Source: Desulfobacterales bacterium (lineage in GTDB: Bacteria; Desulfobacterota; Desulfobulbia; Desulfobulbales; BM004). From it: 34,186 nucleotides of DNA. Below are positions 10,801 through 19,175 of this stretch, one piece after another (the stretch's first letter is position 1; each line of letters starts with the position of its first letter). The stretch covers positions 1-34,186 of the forward strand of contig JAAXQI010000033.1 in NCBI GenBank assembly GCA_012974315.1, in the 5' to 3' direction. The notes below the pieces were generated by a model. That model ran no database searches and had not been told where the DNA came from. It worked only from the letters and a program-made list of their open reading frames with translations. Position numbers and translations under genes: made by a program.

Positions 10801-10984
10801 CCCGTTCCATCTCATAGGGAGTAGCACCACGCCAGGTAGTTGAAACCGTGATTGTCGGCTCCACTACTGTCGGGCTGAGCTGATACGGAAGTGTCTGCAG
10901 GCTGATAATGCCGAAAAGGACCACTAAAATAATGCCGACCAATATGGTAACCGGCTTTTTAATTGAAAAACTGACAATATCCAT
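7850..10984 (-). CDS. RND efflux transporter permease (AcrB/AcrD/AcrF family)
   Basis: 1044 aa, two-repeat multi-TM architecture; GMLVDNAIVVIENI, GIVVNNAILIV, RLRPIYMS motifs. Confidence 0.96.
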   Translation of the reverse strand: MDIVSFSIKKPVTILVGIILVVLFGIISLQTLPYQLSPTVVEPTITVSTTWRGATPYEMEREIIEEQEKTLKGIPGLTEMESEAFNGQGSISLTFKLGTNVDDALLRVSNKLNEVASYPEGVDKPIINATGSATSPVIWVILKSGETNPRHIETYRTFFENEIRQHLERVEGVADLFIGSGVFEEMHIVVNPEQLAAYALTVNDVIQAVRSENVNVSAGNMGVGRRDFRIRTTGEFNSEEDIANVVLVSTGEKRVLLADVAEIKRGYSKRQSTVIHNGKGGIAFGIKPEPGTNILAMTERVEAVVQWLNKEKLASREISLEWVYDQRRYINGAINLIKQNIIIGGMLALVVLLVFLRSIRSTLVVATSIPISIIGTFIFMNAMGRNLNVISLAGIAFAVGMLVDNAIVVIENIDRHRKMGKSAYDAVYEGTREVWGAIIASSLTTIAVFLPVVFIQEEAGQLFRDIAIAVVGAVSLSLIVSMTVIPMFSFRLFSVATKKAKKEAGLVVRIGSQFSSFIMGIVSFATRNWATRIGTVGLLIILAAGSVVLLMPQTDYLPQGNRNFVLSILVPPPGLSQQERQDIGEKLFVMAEPHLQKEHDGYPGILNMFFVGRESIMLFGAMATDWDRAAELLPLFKRMIFSVPGMFGISMQAGIFQSRIGRSRTIDVDISGDDLDNIVKAAGVMFGTAKQSMPDTQVRPVPSIELSYPEVKIVPNRERLKANNMSSADLGITLDVLMDGRIIGDFKQEGRKTIDLVLKTADDSIKTPEALYHSLVTTPGGKVVPVSTLADLERTTGMTQIRHLERSRTITLQMTPPLDVPLQAAMEEVEAKIISPVRAMGLLKGLSVRMSGAADKLTETREALKWNFILAAAIAYLLMAALFGNFIYPLIIMLTVPLAGAGGFIGLKLLNLLSSKPQPMDILTMLGFVILIGIVVNNAILIVHQALNNVHNNNMDYREAVLESTRSRLRPIYMSATTSIFGMLPLVLFPGSGSELYRGLGSVILGGLAVSTIFTVFIIPSILVFVIRMEKPKVLTNQPDESSQ

Positions 10985-11047
10985 ACATTAAACCATTCTA
11001 TTTGCTGCTGATTTCGTGAGCAAAAGGCTCAAACCAATATTTACTCG

Positions 11048-12130
11048 TCACGGATTCAGCGTATTGCCTATCCGCACAGACTGACCTTCGCGCAACCTCT
11101 CATTCCCTTTAACAACAACCATATCGCCATCTGCCAAACCTTCTCCTGCAACCCCTACATACATCCCATCGTAACCAGTTACCTGCACAACAACCATTTT
11201 GGCTATTGAATCCTTTGCCAGCCAGATGACATTCTGGCCAAACCTGTCAATGACCGCATCTCTGGGCACCTTGAGTCCTTCTCTTTTTTCAGCAGATGGC
11301 ACCAGTGCCCTTGCCTCCATCCCCTCAATCAGCCCTCTTAAATTTTGCAATCGTATTTTCACATCAAAAGTTCTGGTTGCAACATCACCACTTGGTACAA
11401 AACTGAGAAACTCTCCGATAAATTGTTCGCCATCGCTTTTCACTGTGAGTTTCTTCCCGGGCTGTAAATACTTGAGCATTCCAGCCGGGACATTGACCAC
11501 TATATCGACGCTGCTGTCATCAGCAACTATTGCAACCACGCCACCCTCTTGTACCCACTCTCCAATTTCTGCGTTCTTCTGCATGACAATGGAGTCAAAC
11601 GGGGCACGTATCTTCTTTTTTTTCTTTTCCAGTAAAAGCCTGTCCATGGATGCTTTTATGGACAGAGCCCTGCTTTTCAGCATTTTACTTTTAAAATAAT
11701 ATTCATCATACGATGATTCAGAAACAGAGCCTTCTTTATAGAGAGGTTCCCTTTTTTTGAGCTCTTTTTCAGCCTGCTCCATCTCGACAAGCACCAGTTC
11801 ATAGTCTGCCCGGGTGCCACTGATAACAGTATCCAGAATATCTGCCTCCAGGCTCACGAGTGGTTCGCCTTTTTTGACCCGGTATCCCTCTTCAAAAAAT
11901 ACCTGGTCCACAACGCCCTCAACCTCAGCGGCAAGATTTGATTTGCGGGAATAGTAAACCGTGCCCACAAATTCCACCATGGGCTCAGCTTCACCCCGGG
12001 CAACCTGCGCAACTTCAACCAAAGCAGGTGGAGGACCCTGGGGCTTTGCTTCTGCCTTTGCTCCATTCTCTTCTGCTACGGCAAAACCGATATTGCCAAG
12101 CAATAAAAATATACAGAAAACGAACACCAA
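11048..12130 (-). CDS. RND efflux periplasmic adaptor (membrane fusion protein)
   Basis: N-terminal signal/anchor, lipoyl-like half motifs (EVEGVV..V.FEEG.RVKKG; IRAPFD), coiled coil, TRTFDV, VPRDAV; start codon (TTG/GTG) uncertain. Confidence 0.93.
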   Translation of the reverse strand: MVFVFCIFLLLGNIGFAVAEENGAKAEAKPQGPPPALVEVAQVARGEAEPMVEFVGTVYYSRKSNLAAEVEGVVDQVFFEEGYRVKKGEPLVSLEADILDTVISGTRADYELVLVEMEQAEKELKKREPLYKEGSVSESSYDEYYFKSKMLKSRALSIKASMDRLLLEKKKKKIRAPFDSIVMQKNAEIGEWVQEGGVVAIVADDSSVDIVVNVPAGMLKYLQPGKKLTVKSDGEQFIGEFLSFVPSGDVATRTFDVKIRLQNLRGLIEGMEARALVPSAEKREGLKVPRDAVIDRFGQNVIWLAKDSIAKMVVVQVTGYDGMYVGVAGEGLADGDMVVVKGNERLREGQSVRIGNTLNP

Positions 12131-12208
12131 CTCTCTCTAAAAATCAAAACATATCAACAATAAAGACCAACTGACAAGGAATTTCAGGTGCAATAAAAAA
12201 ATATTAAT

Positions 12209-12309
12209 TCAATGAAACTCCCCGCAGCAAGCTACGGGGTATCTCAACAAAGGATATTTCTAATAATAACGCTGCAAGCAGCAGAGTATTTACCCAAAGA
12301 GAGAATAAA
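12209..12309. mobile_element. Small non-autonomous palindromic element (PATE/MITE-like, resembling IS200/IS605-type ends)
   Basis: Two related GC-AA-GC hairpins, CCCCGCAGC-AA-GCTACGGGG (12220-12239) and GCTGC-AA-GCAGC (12271-12282), around an AT-rich spacer in an intergenic region; no transposase. Boundaries approximate. Confidence 0.5.
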
Positions 12310-12341
12310 TCCCTGCCTGAAATACCCCCCAGATCACTTAC

Positions 12342-13967
12342 TCACTCCTCTTTAAAAATTCCTGCTGCCTCAAGCATGGCCCAACTTTCCGGATATTGTT
12401 CACTGTCTTTACCGCCAGCCTGACGCAAAATATTCAAGTGTTCAAGAAACCTGTTGGCAAGAACTTTGCCAAGCTGCACCCCTTCCTGGTCAAAGGAGTT
12501 GATATTCCAGATAAAGCCCTGAAAGACGATCTTCGCTTCATAGAGCGCAAGCAGGCCTCCCATAGTATAAGGCGTCAGCTTGTCGGACAGCAGTATTGAA
12601 CTTGGCCTGTTTCCGCCAAAAAAACGATTGGGATTATCATCCTTCCTGCCTGTTGCAAGTGCAAGTGACTGGGCCAGTAGATTGGCAACGAGCTTTTCCT
12701 GTGATGTTGTTCCTTTGAGCAGCAGATCCGACCCAAGCTGGCTTTGCCTGAAACCGATGAATTCTGTCGGAACTACGGTCGTGCCCTGATGGAGAAGTTG
12801 ATAGAAGGCATGCTGGCCATTAGTGCCAGGCTCACCCCATACTATGGGACCCGTGAAACCGGATACCTTCTCGCCGTTTCTGGTCACGGATTTGCCGTTA
12901 CTTTCCATATCACATTGCTGAAGATGAGCGGGGAAACGCAGCAGGGCCTGGCTGTAAGGCAGGACAGCAACCGTCTCATGGCCGAGAAAATTATGGTTCC
13001 ATATTCCCAACAATGCCAGGAGCAAGGCCGGATTCCTTCTAATATCCCTCTCCTCGGCCGCCATGTCCATGTCATTGGCACCCCTCAGCACCTCTATAAA
13101 GGCATCATAGCCGAGCCCAAAACCGAGCATCACTGCCCCTACCATGGACGTGGCACTGTAGCGCCCCCCGATATAATCATACATATAAAAGGACTGCAGA
13201 TATTTCTCAGGGTTGTCCATGGGACTGGACTGACCGGTGATAGCAATAAAGTGTTTTGCAGGATTCAGACCGGCCCCTACAAAAGCTGCCCGAACAATCT
13301 CCTCGTTGGTAAGAGTCTCCAGCGTTGAACCGCTTTTTGACACTACTCCCACAAGGGTTCTGGAAAGATCGAGTTTTCTTAAGACAGCTGCTGCATCGTC
13401 AGGGTCTACATTGGAAATGAAATGGACCCTTCTGTTTTTCAGCGAATATGCGGCAAGAGCAAAATATATGGCACGGGGTCCAAGATCAGAACCGCCGATG
13501 CCGATATTGACATAATCTGTATAGGCCTCTCCCTGTTCATTGACCAGTTGGCCCTTGTCCAGCCCTGCCAGGAATGCCTTGAGCTTTTCCAGCTCTTGCA
13601 TTGCCTGCCCGGTTGCCACAACATGGCACGGAGTTTCATTGAAGATATCCCGACAGGCGGTATGGAGAACCTGCCGTTCCTCACTCTCGTGACCGTCAAT
13701 CCTGTTCATCACAGCTCCACCTTTCATTGCATGAAACTGGTCTAAAGCACCACTCTGGTCAGCAAGCTGCTGCAGTCCATTTATCACAGCATCATCTATG
13801 CGCTGGGTGGAAAAAAGCAGGTCAAATCCTGATCCACTGGATTTATAGGTCTTTATTCTTTCAGGGGATATGGCCCCGGGAGCTGTGAGGTCAAAAGGAT
13901 TTCTGGCCAACTTCGCAAGCTTCTCATAGACCGGAAGCTCATCTAGATTTGTCGTATTCCATGTCAT
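12342..13967 (-). CDS. pgi: Glucose-6-phosphate isomerase
   Basis: IGIGGSDLGP, SKSGSTLET, GGRYS, QQCDMESNGK, GTNGQHAFYQLLHQG, FDQEGVQLGK; AGGAGG RBS. Confidence 0.98.
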   Translation of the reverse strand: MTWNTTNLDELPVYEKLAKLARNPFDLTAPGAISPERIKTYKSSGSGFDLLFSTQRIDDAVINGLQQLADQSGALDQFHAMKGGAVMNRIDGHESEERQVLHTACRDIFNETPCHVVATGQAMQELEKLKAFLAGLDKGQLVNEQGEAYTDYVNIGIGGSDLGPRAIYFALAAYSLKNRRVHFISNVDPDDAAAVLRKLDLSRTLVGVVSKSGSTLETLTNEEIVRAAFVGAGLNPAKHFIAITGQSSPMDNPEKYLQSFYMYDYIGGRYSATSMVGAVMLGFGLGYDAFIEVLRGANDMDMAAEERDIRRNPALLLALLGIWNHNFLGHETVAVLPYSQALLRFPAHLQQCDMESNGKSVTRNGEKVSGFTGPIVWGEPGTNGQHAFYQLLHQGTTVVPTEFIGFRQSQLGSDLLLKGTTSQEKLVANLLAQSLALATGRKDDNPNRFFGGNRPSSILLSDKLTPYTMGGLLALYEAKIVFQGFIWNINSFDQEGVQLGKVLANRFLEHLNILRQAGGKDSEQYPESWAMLEAAGIFKEE

Positions 13968-14002
13968 AACTCTCCTCCTGGTTTTCAGCCTTTTATAGGA
14001 GA

Positions 14003-14695
14003 TTATTTCCAGGTTTTCGTTGCTGACTGGCAGATGTCTTTCATTTCCATAATTTCTTTTGCATAGTCCTGCTGCCCGAATACCGCTGATCCGGCGACAA
14101 ATATATTCGCTCCGGCTCCGGCCACATCTTTAATGGTTACAGGGCTGACTCCCCCATCAACCTCAATCCCGACCTCAAGACCGCGATCTTCAATCATATT
14201 TTTCAGGGTCTTGATTTTGTTAAGAGAGGACCTGATAAAAGACTGGCCACCAAAGCCCGGATTTACGCTCATAAGCATAACCAGATCAACATCTGCCAGA
14301 ATTTCATCGAGAGTCCCCAGGGGGGTAGCAGGATTCAGGACGGCGCCGGCCTTTTTCCCCAACTCCTTTATTCTGCTTACGGTACGATGCAGGTGAGGGC
14401 AAGCCTCAACATGGACAGTGATCCAGTCTGCCCCCGCCTTGGCAAAATCATCTATGTACCTGTCAGCATCTTCAATCATCAAATGCACATCAAGGGGCAG
14501 GTCCGTGATCTTGCGCACTGAAGCCACCACCAGAGGGCCGATAGTTATATTAGGCACAAAATGGCCATCCATAACATCTATATGAATTATATCAGCGCCT
14601 GCATTTTCAACAGCCCTTATTTCCTCTCCCAGGCGGCTGAAATCTGCTGACAGTATGGATGGCGCCATCATAAATTGTTGCATGCTGTTCATCAT
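14003..14695 (-). CDS. rpe: Ribulose-phosphate 3-epimerase
   Basis: [41 protein letters not shown]; the start may be one of several nearby ATGs. Confidence 0.97.
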   Translation of the reverse strand: MMNSMQQFMMAPSILSADFSRLGEEIRAVENAGADIIHIDVMDGHFVPNITIGPLVVASVRKITDLPLDVHLMIEDADRYIDDFAKAGADWITVHVEACPHLHRTVSRIKELGKKAGAVLNPATPLGTLDEILADVDLVMLMSVNPGFGGQSFIRSSLNKIKTLKNMIEDRGLEVGIEVDGGVSPVTIKDVAGAGANIFVAGSAVFGQQDYAKEIMEMKDICQSATKTWK

Positions 14696-14758
14696 CTCCC
14701 CTTTTCTGAAAATTAACCGCTTTTGAACGTTTTTCTCTGAATATGACGGTTGGAGAGT

Positions 14759-17491
14759 TTACTTGCCTGCTTCTCCGGATGTCTCTGTGGTGCTTCCCTC
14801 CGGCTCCTTTGCTTTATCAGCAAGGCCGCCACCGACTGCCACCATAACATAGGCATCAGGCAAAATATATTTCCTTGCCGCCTGGAGTACCTTTGCAGCA
14901 TCAATTTCCTTTATAGCCTGAATATACTTGTTGCCAAAATCCTGGCCCAGATCATACGTCTCATTTAATCCCAGATCCAGGGCCTGGGCGCTATGGGTCT
15001 GCATGGCCAGCTCATACTGGCTGATAAGAATGTTTTTTGCCCTGTTTAATTCTTCCTCGCTCACTTTCTCTTCACGCATAGTATTGAGTTCATGCCAGAC
15101 ACTTTTTATAGCCTGTTCCTTTTTATCAGGGCTGGTTCCTATATAAATTCCAAATGCTCCTGTATCAATCCCGAAAAACGAAAAGGAAGAAAGGCTGTAA
15201 GCCAGGCTCTGCTTATCGCGCAACTCGGTAAAAAGCCTGCCACTCTGTCCCGAAAGGATAGTATCAAGAATCTCAAGGGTAAAGCGGTCCCCATCCTTTA
15301 ACGTTGCACCCAAAAATCCTATAATCAGGTGAACCTGCTCCTTGTCGCGGCTTACCTCCTGAATTTTTTCTTTTGTCAATAGAGATGGGGGCAGAATTTC
15401 TTCCTCGATCTCCTGCTCCACGGAAGTTTGGCTAACCTGCCAGTCGCCGAATAAACGGACGACGAGATCCTTTGTCTCTTCGGCTTTAACATCTCCTGAT
15501 ATGGCAAGAACCAAATGGTCCGGCTGTGCATGTTGCTGGTAAATATTCTTTAAGGCTGCAGGAGTGAAACTCTTGATCGCATCTGCAGACCCGATACTGT
15601 TGAGACCATACGGGTGCCCTTCAAACATCATTCTGTTAAACTCCTGAAAGGCAAATGACGTCAGGGAATCTTCCTGCTGTTTCAGCTGGGCCAGAAGTTC
15701 AGGAAGGATTTTTACCGCCTCCGTGGCATTGAATGCCGGCTCCCGTATGATATCCCGCACCAGATTAAGGCCATCAGGAAAGAAGCGCGCCAAAAAGTCC
15801 GCTTTTATGCCAAACGTGTTCTTGCCGGCAAAACCGGTTATCCCACCTGCCATGTCAGCCACGGCTTCGGCAATCTCATTGGCACTCATATTCAGGGTGC
15901 CCCTGGGCAACAGATCACTGATATAAGAAAAGGCGCCATTCGTGACCGGGCTTTCTGTCCGGATTCCTCCGGGGAAGACAGCCCTGATACCGACAGTGGG
16001 AACTGTATCATCCTCTCGCACCAGCAATGTTATGCCATTTTCCAGTTCAAAACGATGCACGCCGCTTAAATATGTATTCGCCAGCATTGCCTCTGAATCC
16101 CCATGAATTGCTGCATCCTCGGATCTGGCTATGGTTGCTTCGATCTCTTCCCTGCCCGGCTCAAATGTACTGTCTGTCTCCATCAGGAACCCGACATTAA
16201 TAGCTTTTTCAGTAAAATATTTCTGCGCAACCCTCTTAATGTCTTCATGGGTTACGGCGCGAATTTTTTCCAGATATTCGTCTTCTCTCGGATCCCCGGT
16301 CATCATGTCGAATGAACCCAGCACCCGGGCCTGCCCCTCAACCCGCTCCAGGTTAAATACAAAATCGCTTTCCAGGTTGTGCTTGGCCCTTTTCAGCTCT
16401 ACATTTGTTACGGAAAAGTATTTAAACTTGAAGAGCTCTGCCACTGAGGCTTCAAAAGCCTGCAGCATATTCGAACCATCAAGTACTGCCATTATCTCAA
16501 ACATGCCTGGATCCGTGGGGGTAAAGGCAGATGCATTGATACCATACACCAGCTGTTTTTCATCCCGCAGAGACCTGTAAAGCCGCGAGGTTTCTCCATG
16601 GCCGGCAATCTGGGCCAGAACATCAAGAACCGGAGAATCGGGGCTGTCAAATTTTGAAATTGGAATAGCAATCGCTATCTGGGGCTGCATAATATCAGCC
16701 TTAATGGTAAAAAATCTTGCCTCATCCTGCACAGGCTCGGCCACCAGGGGTGCTGTTTCACTTTCGCCCCTGGGCTGGTTGCCCATCAAATCACTGACCC
16801 TGGCAATAACATCCTGCCCCTTAACATCTCCAACAACAACGACCGTTAGATTTTGGGGATAATAATGCTTGCTTATATACTCCAGTATCTTGTCCCGGCT
16901 GAAGCTATTAATGGACTCCTCATTACCAATCACAGGAAGTCGATAAGGGTGACGGGTATAGGCGGTTGCCATCAAATCATGGAACAACCTTATATTGGGC
17001 CGGTCATACCGCATGGAGAGCTCTTCCAGGACAACCTTCTTCTCCCGCTCAAGCTCAACCGGATCAAAAACTGAATGCATGACCGCTTCTGCCAGCACCT
17101 CAAGAGCCATTTCCCAGTGCACTGCTGACAGGGTGGCATGATAGACCGTATTCTCATATGAGGTATAGGCATTGACCTGCCCGCCGACTCCTTCAATGGC
17201 TCCGGCAAGCTCTCCAGGGCCCCGTGTTTCAGTACCTTTAAAGATCATATGTTCTATAAAATGTGTGATGCCGGCCTCGTCTGTATTCTCATACACACTC
17301 CCGGCCTTAACCCAGATCTGCACTGTTGCCACCCTGGTTCCAGGCATCTCCTTCACTAAGACGGTCAAGCCATTATCCAGGGTTGTTTTATGAAGATGCG
17401 GGGCCAGTTCTTCTGCCAAGAGCGGTGAAGTAGACATGATTGCCACCAGTAGGATGTTTAGTAGTATTAATAAATTACGCATTATTTTCAT
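14759..17491 (-). CDS. M16 (pitrilysin/insulinase) family zinc peptidase, fused two-module form, with signal peptide
   Basis: 910 aa; inverted Zn motif HFIEHMIFKGT, NAYTS, downstream Glu (VVLEEL); second half lacks the motif; hydrophobic N-terminal signal. Confidence 0.93.
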   Translation of the reverse strand: MKIMRNLLILLNILLVAIMSTSPLLAEELAPHLHKTTLDNGLTVLVKEMPGTRVATVQIWVKAGSVYENTDEAGITHFIEHMIFKGTETRGPGELAGAIEGVGGQVNAYTSYENTVYHATLSAVHWEMALEVLAEAVMHSVFDPVELEREKKVVLEELSMRYDRPNIRLFHDLMATAYTRHPYRLPVIGNEESINSFSRDKILEYISKHYYPQNLTVVVVGDVKGQDVIARVSDLMGNQPRGESETAPLVAEPVQDEARFFTIKADIMQPQIAIAIPISKFDSPDSPVLDVLAQIAGHGETSRLYRSLRDEKQLVYGINASAFTPTDPGMFEIMAVLDGSNMLQAFEASVAELFKFKYFSVTNVELKRAKHNLESDFVFNLERVEGQARVLGSFDMMTGDPREDEYLEKIRAVTHEDIKRVAQKYFTEKAINVGFLMETDSTFEPGREEIEATIARSEDAAIHGDSEAMLANTYLSGVHRFELENGITLLVREDDTVPTVGIRAVFPGGIRTESPVTNGAFSYISDLLPRGTLNMSANEIAEAVADMAGGITGFAGKNTFGIKADFLARFFPDGLNLVRDIIREPAFNATEAVKILPELLAQLKQQEDSLTSFAFQEFNRMMFEGHPYGLNSIGSADAIKSFTPAALKNIYQQHAQPDHLVLAISGDVKAEETKDLVVRLFGDWQVSQTSVEQEIEEEILPPSLLTKEKIQEVSRDKEQVHLIIGFLGATLKDGDRFTLEILDTILSGQSGRLFTELRDKQSLAYSLSSFSFFGIDTGAFGIYIGTSPDKKEQAIKSVWHELNTMREEKVSEEELNRAKNILISQYELAMQTHSAQALDLGLNETYDLGQDFGNKYIQAIKEIDAAKVLQAARKYILPDAYVMVAVGGGLADKAKEPEGSTTETSGEAGK

Positions 17492-17533
17492 TTTCTCTGC
17501 CGTTATTTTACTGATTTTATTCTTAAATAGTTA

Positions 17534-17563
17534 ACCATACTGCACTTTTCTCTCTGGCGTCAA
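17534..17563 (-). promoter_or_regulatory. Probable sigma70 promoter for the M16 peptidase-rpe-pgi run
   Basis: Minus strand TTGACG, 18-nt spacer, TATGGT, about 40 nt before the ATG. Confidence 0.45.
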
Positions 17564-17612
17564 CTATTGAAGTGTTCCTACAATTTCCACACAGCAATAA
17601 CGGTGACGAATA

Positions 17613-18605
17613 TCAGACAGTTCCACAAAGAATGGCGGAATCATTGGGCGCCTGAAAACTGACCCGGTGTATATCCCTGGCACCCGCCTGCCTCAACATA
17701 TCACGTACTTCCTTTGCTGAATAAGAGCGCCCATGATTACTCAAGAGCATATTCATTGAAAAAAGGGCCGGGAAAAGCGGGCCGTCCAGGGTATCATTCA
17801 GGAAAAAATCGTGGATGAGAATCAAGCCGCCCGGCTCCAGCGCTTTCACAGTTTTTTCAATAAGTACCTGGCATTCCTCGAACGAATTACTGTGGAGTAT
17901 CTGCGAAAGCCATGCCACGTCAAAAGGCCCTCCTAATGGATCTGCATTGAAGTCGCCGGCAACAAAAGCAATACGGTCTGCAACTCCAAATCCCTCAGTT
18001 GTCTTTTTGGCAAAAGGGGCAGTTGTTTCGCGGTCATAAATAGTTGCCTTCAACATTGGGTTCGCCAGGCAGAAATGTATGGCATGGGTGCCCGGTCCGC
18101 CGCCGAGATCAAGCAGATGACGCCTTCCCTCCAGGTCAATTGCTGCAGCTATTGTAGGTGCAATAGCCATGGCCAGGTTAAACATGCCCAACTGGAAACT
18201 TTCCCGTTCAATATCTTCACCGTGTGATCTTGTTTCCACAGGCGCCCCATGAAGAACAGCCTCATGCAGCTGGGCCCAACCATCTACTAAATGAAAATGG
18301 TGCATGATTATATAACCAATATAGCCCGGCGCCCCTTTTACCAAACATGAACGGCTGAAATCTGTGTTTCTATAACTATTGTTTTCATGCTCTAAAAGTC
18401 CCATTGCAGTTATCCCATTGAGGAGCATCGCCACGGAGCGCGGTTTTCCCCCGACACTGTCGCTGATATCTTCAACAGTCAGCTGTCCGTCACCAATCAC
18501 TGAAAAAATTTCCAGTTTTACCGCAGCATGGACTGTGCTTGACCTCCAGTAAGCGCTTGAAGTACCTAAAAGCTGCCCGATGTTCCATTCCTGTCCATTC
18601 TCCAT
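17613..18605 (-). CDS. Class I SAM-dependent methyltransferase (Methyltransf_2 / ASMT-like, with dimerisation domain)
   Basis: LLDLGGGPG SAM motif, AGDF, SQILH, LEPGGLILIHD. Start moved from the ORF-track position 18740 to ATG 18605, which has a CAGGAG RBS. Confidence 0.9.
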   Translation of the reverse strand: MENGQEWNIGQLLGTSSAYWRSSTVHAAVKLEIFSVIGDGQLTVEDISDSVGGKPRSVAMLLNGITAMGLLEHENNSYRNTDFSRSCLVKGAPGYIGYIIMHHFHLVDGWAQLHEAVLHGAPVETRSHGEDIERESFQLGMFNLAMAIAPTIAAAIDLEGRRHLLDLGGGPGTHAIHFCLANPMLKATIYDRETTAPFAKKTTEGFGVADRIAFVAGDFNADPLGGPFDVAWLSQILHSNSFEECQVLIEKTVKALEPGGLILIHDFFLNDTLDGPLFPALFSMNMLLSNHGRSYSAKEVRDMLRQAGARDIHRVSFQAPNDSAILCGTV

Positions 18606-18903
18606 GGTTTTCTCCTGTGTCAAAACCTGCTTTGTTTTATAGCAAACCGGCGGTTTCTTTTTTTGCCTCAATAGGGCATAATACAAGATGTATAAGCCAT
18701 GACTCAAAAATATAGCCGCATACTGCTCATCACAGAACAAATATTCAATAAATATTGTATATGAAAGTCTGCTTGACTCGCTGCTTTACTGAAGTGTAAA
18801 CATTGTAATACGTTAATGAATATGAGCAACCCCAAACGATTACATCAAAAGCTGAACACATATAAAAAAGCTTGAGTTGCTCTAAAATCTGCCAGGAAAT
18901 AGC

Positions 18904-19137
18904 GTGTTAGTTATCCGTTGTGCAGCCTGCAAAAATAAACTATGGAAGTATGACAAGATCGGCCCGGGAGAGGTTTTGCGCTGTCATAAGGCAAGAATTA
19001 CCAGAAAATATACCTTTACAGCCCGGGATCAAAAGATACAATGCAATTGCGGCAAAGATATTGGCATAGACAAAGGTTCATTTATCAAAATGATCAGTAA
19101 GGCCTTTACATACTCCGGCACGAAGAGAAGCAGTTAA
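18904..19137 (+). CDS. Small basic Cys-rich (Zn-ribbon-like) hypothetical protein
   Basis: 77 aa with CAAC, RCH and CNCG; AGGA RBS before the GTG start. Confidence 0.7.
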   Translation: MLVIRCAACKNKLWKYDKIGPGEVLRCHKARITRKYTFTARDQKIQCNCGKDIGIDKGSFIKMISKAFTYSGTKRSS

Positions 19138-19175
19138 ACTACTCCAGGTTTGCACGTTATAAGCAAGACTCGCAT

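Noticed and set aside
18606-18740. 45-aa N-terminal extension of the methyltransferase in the ORF track
   Set aside because: AT-rich intergenic-like sequence; a clear RBS precedes ATG 18605.
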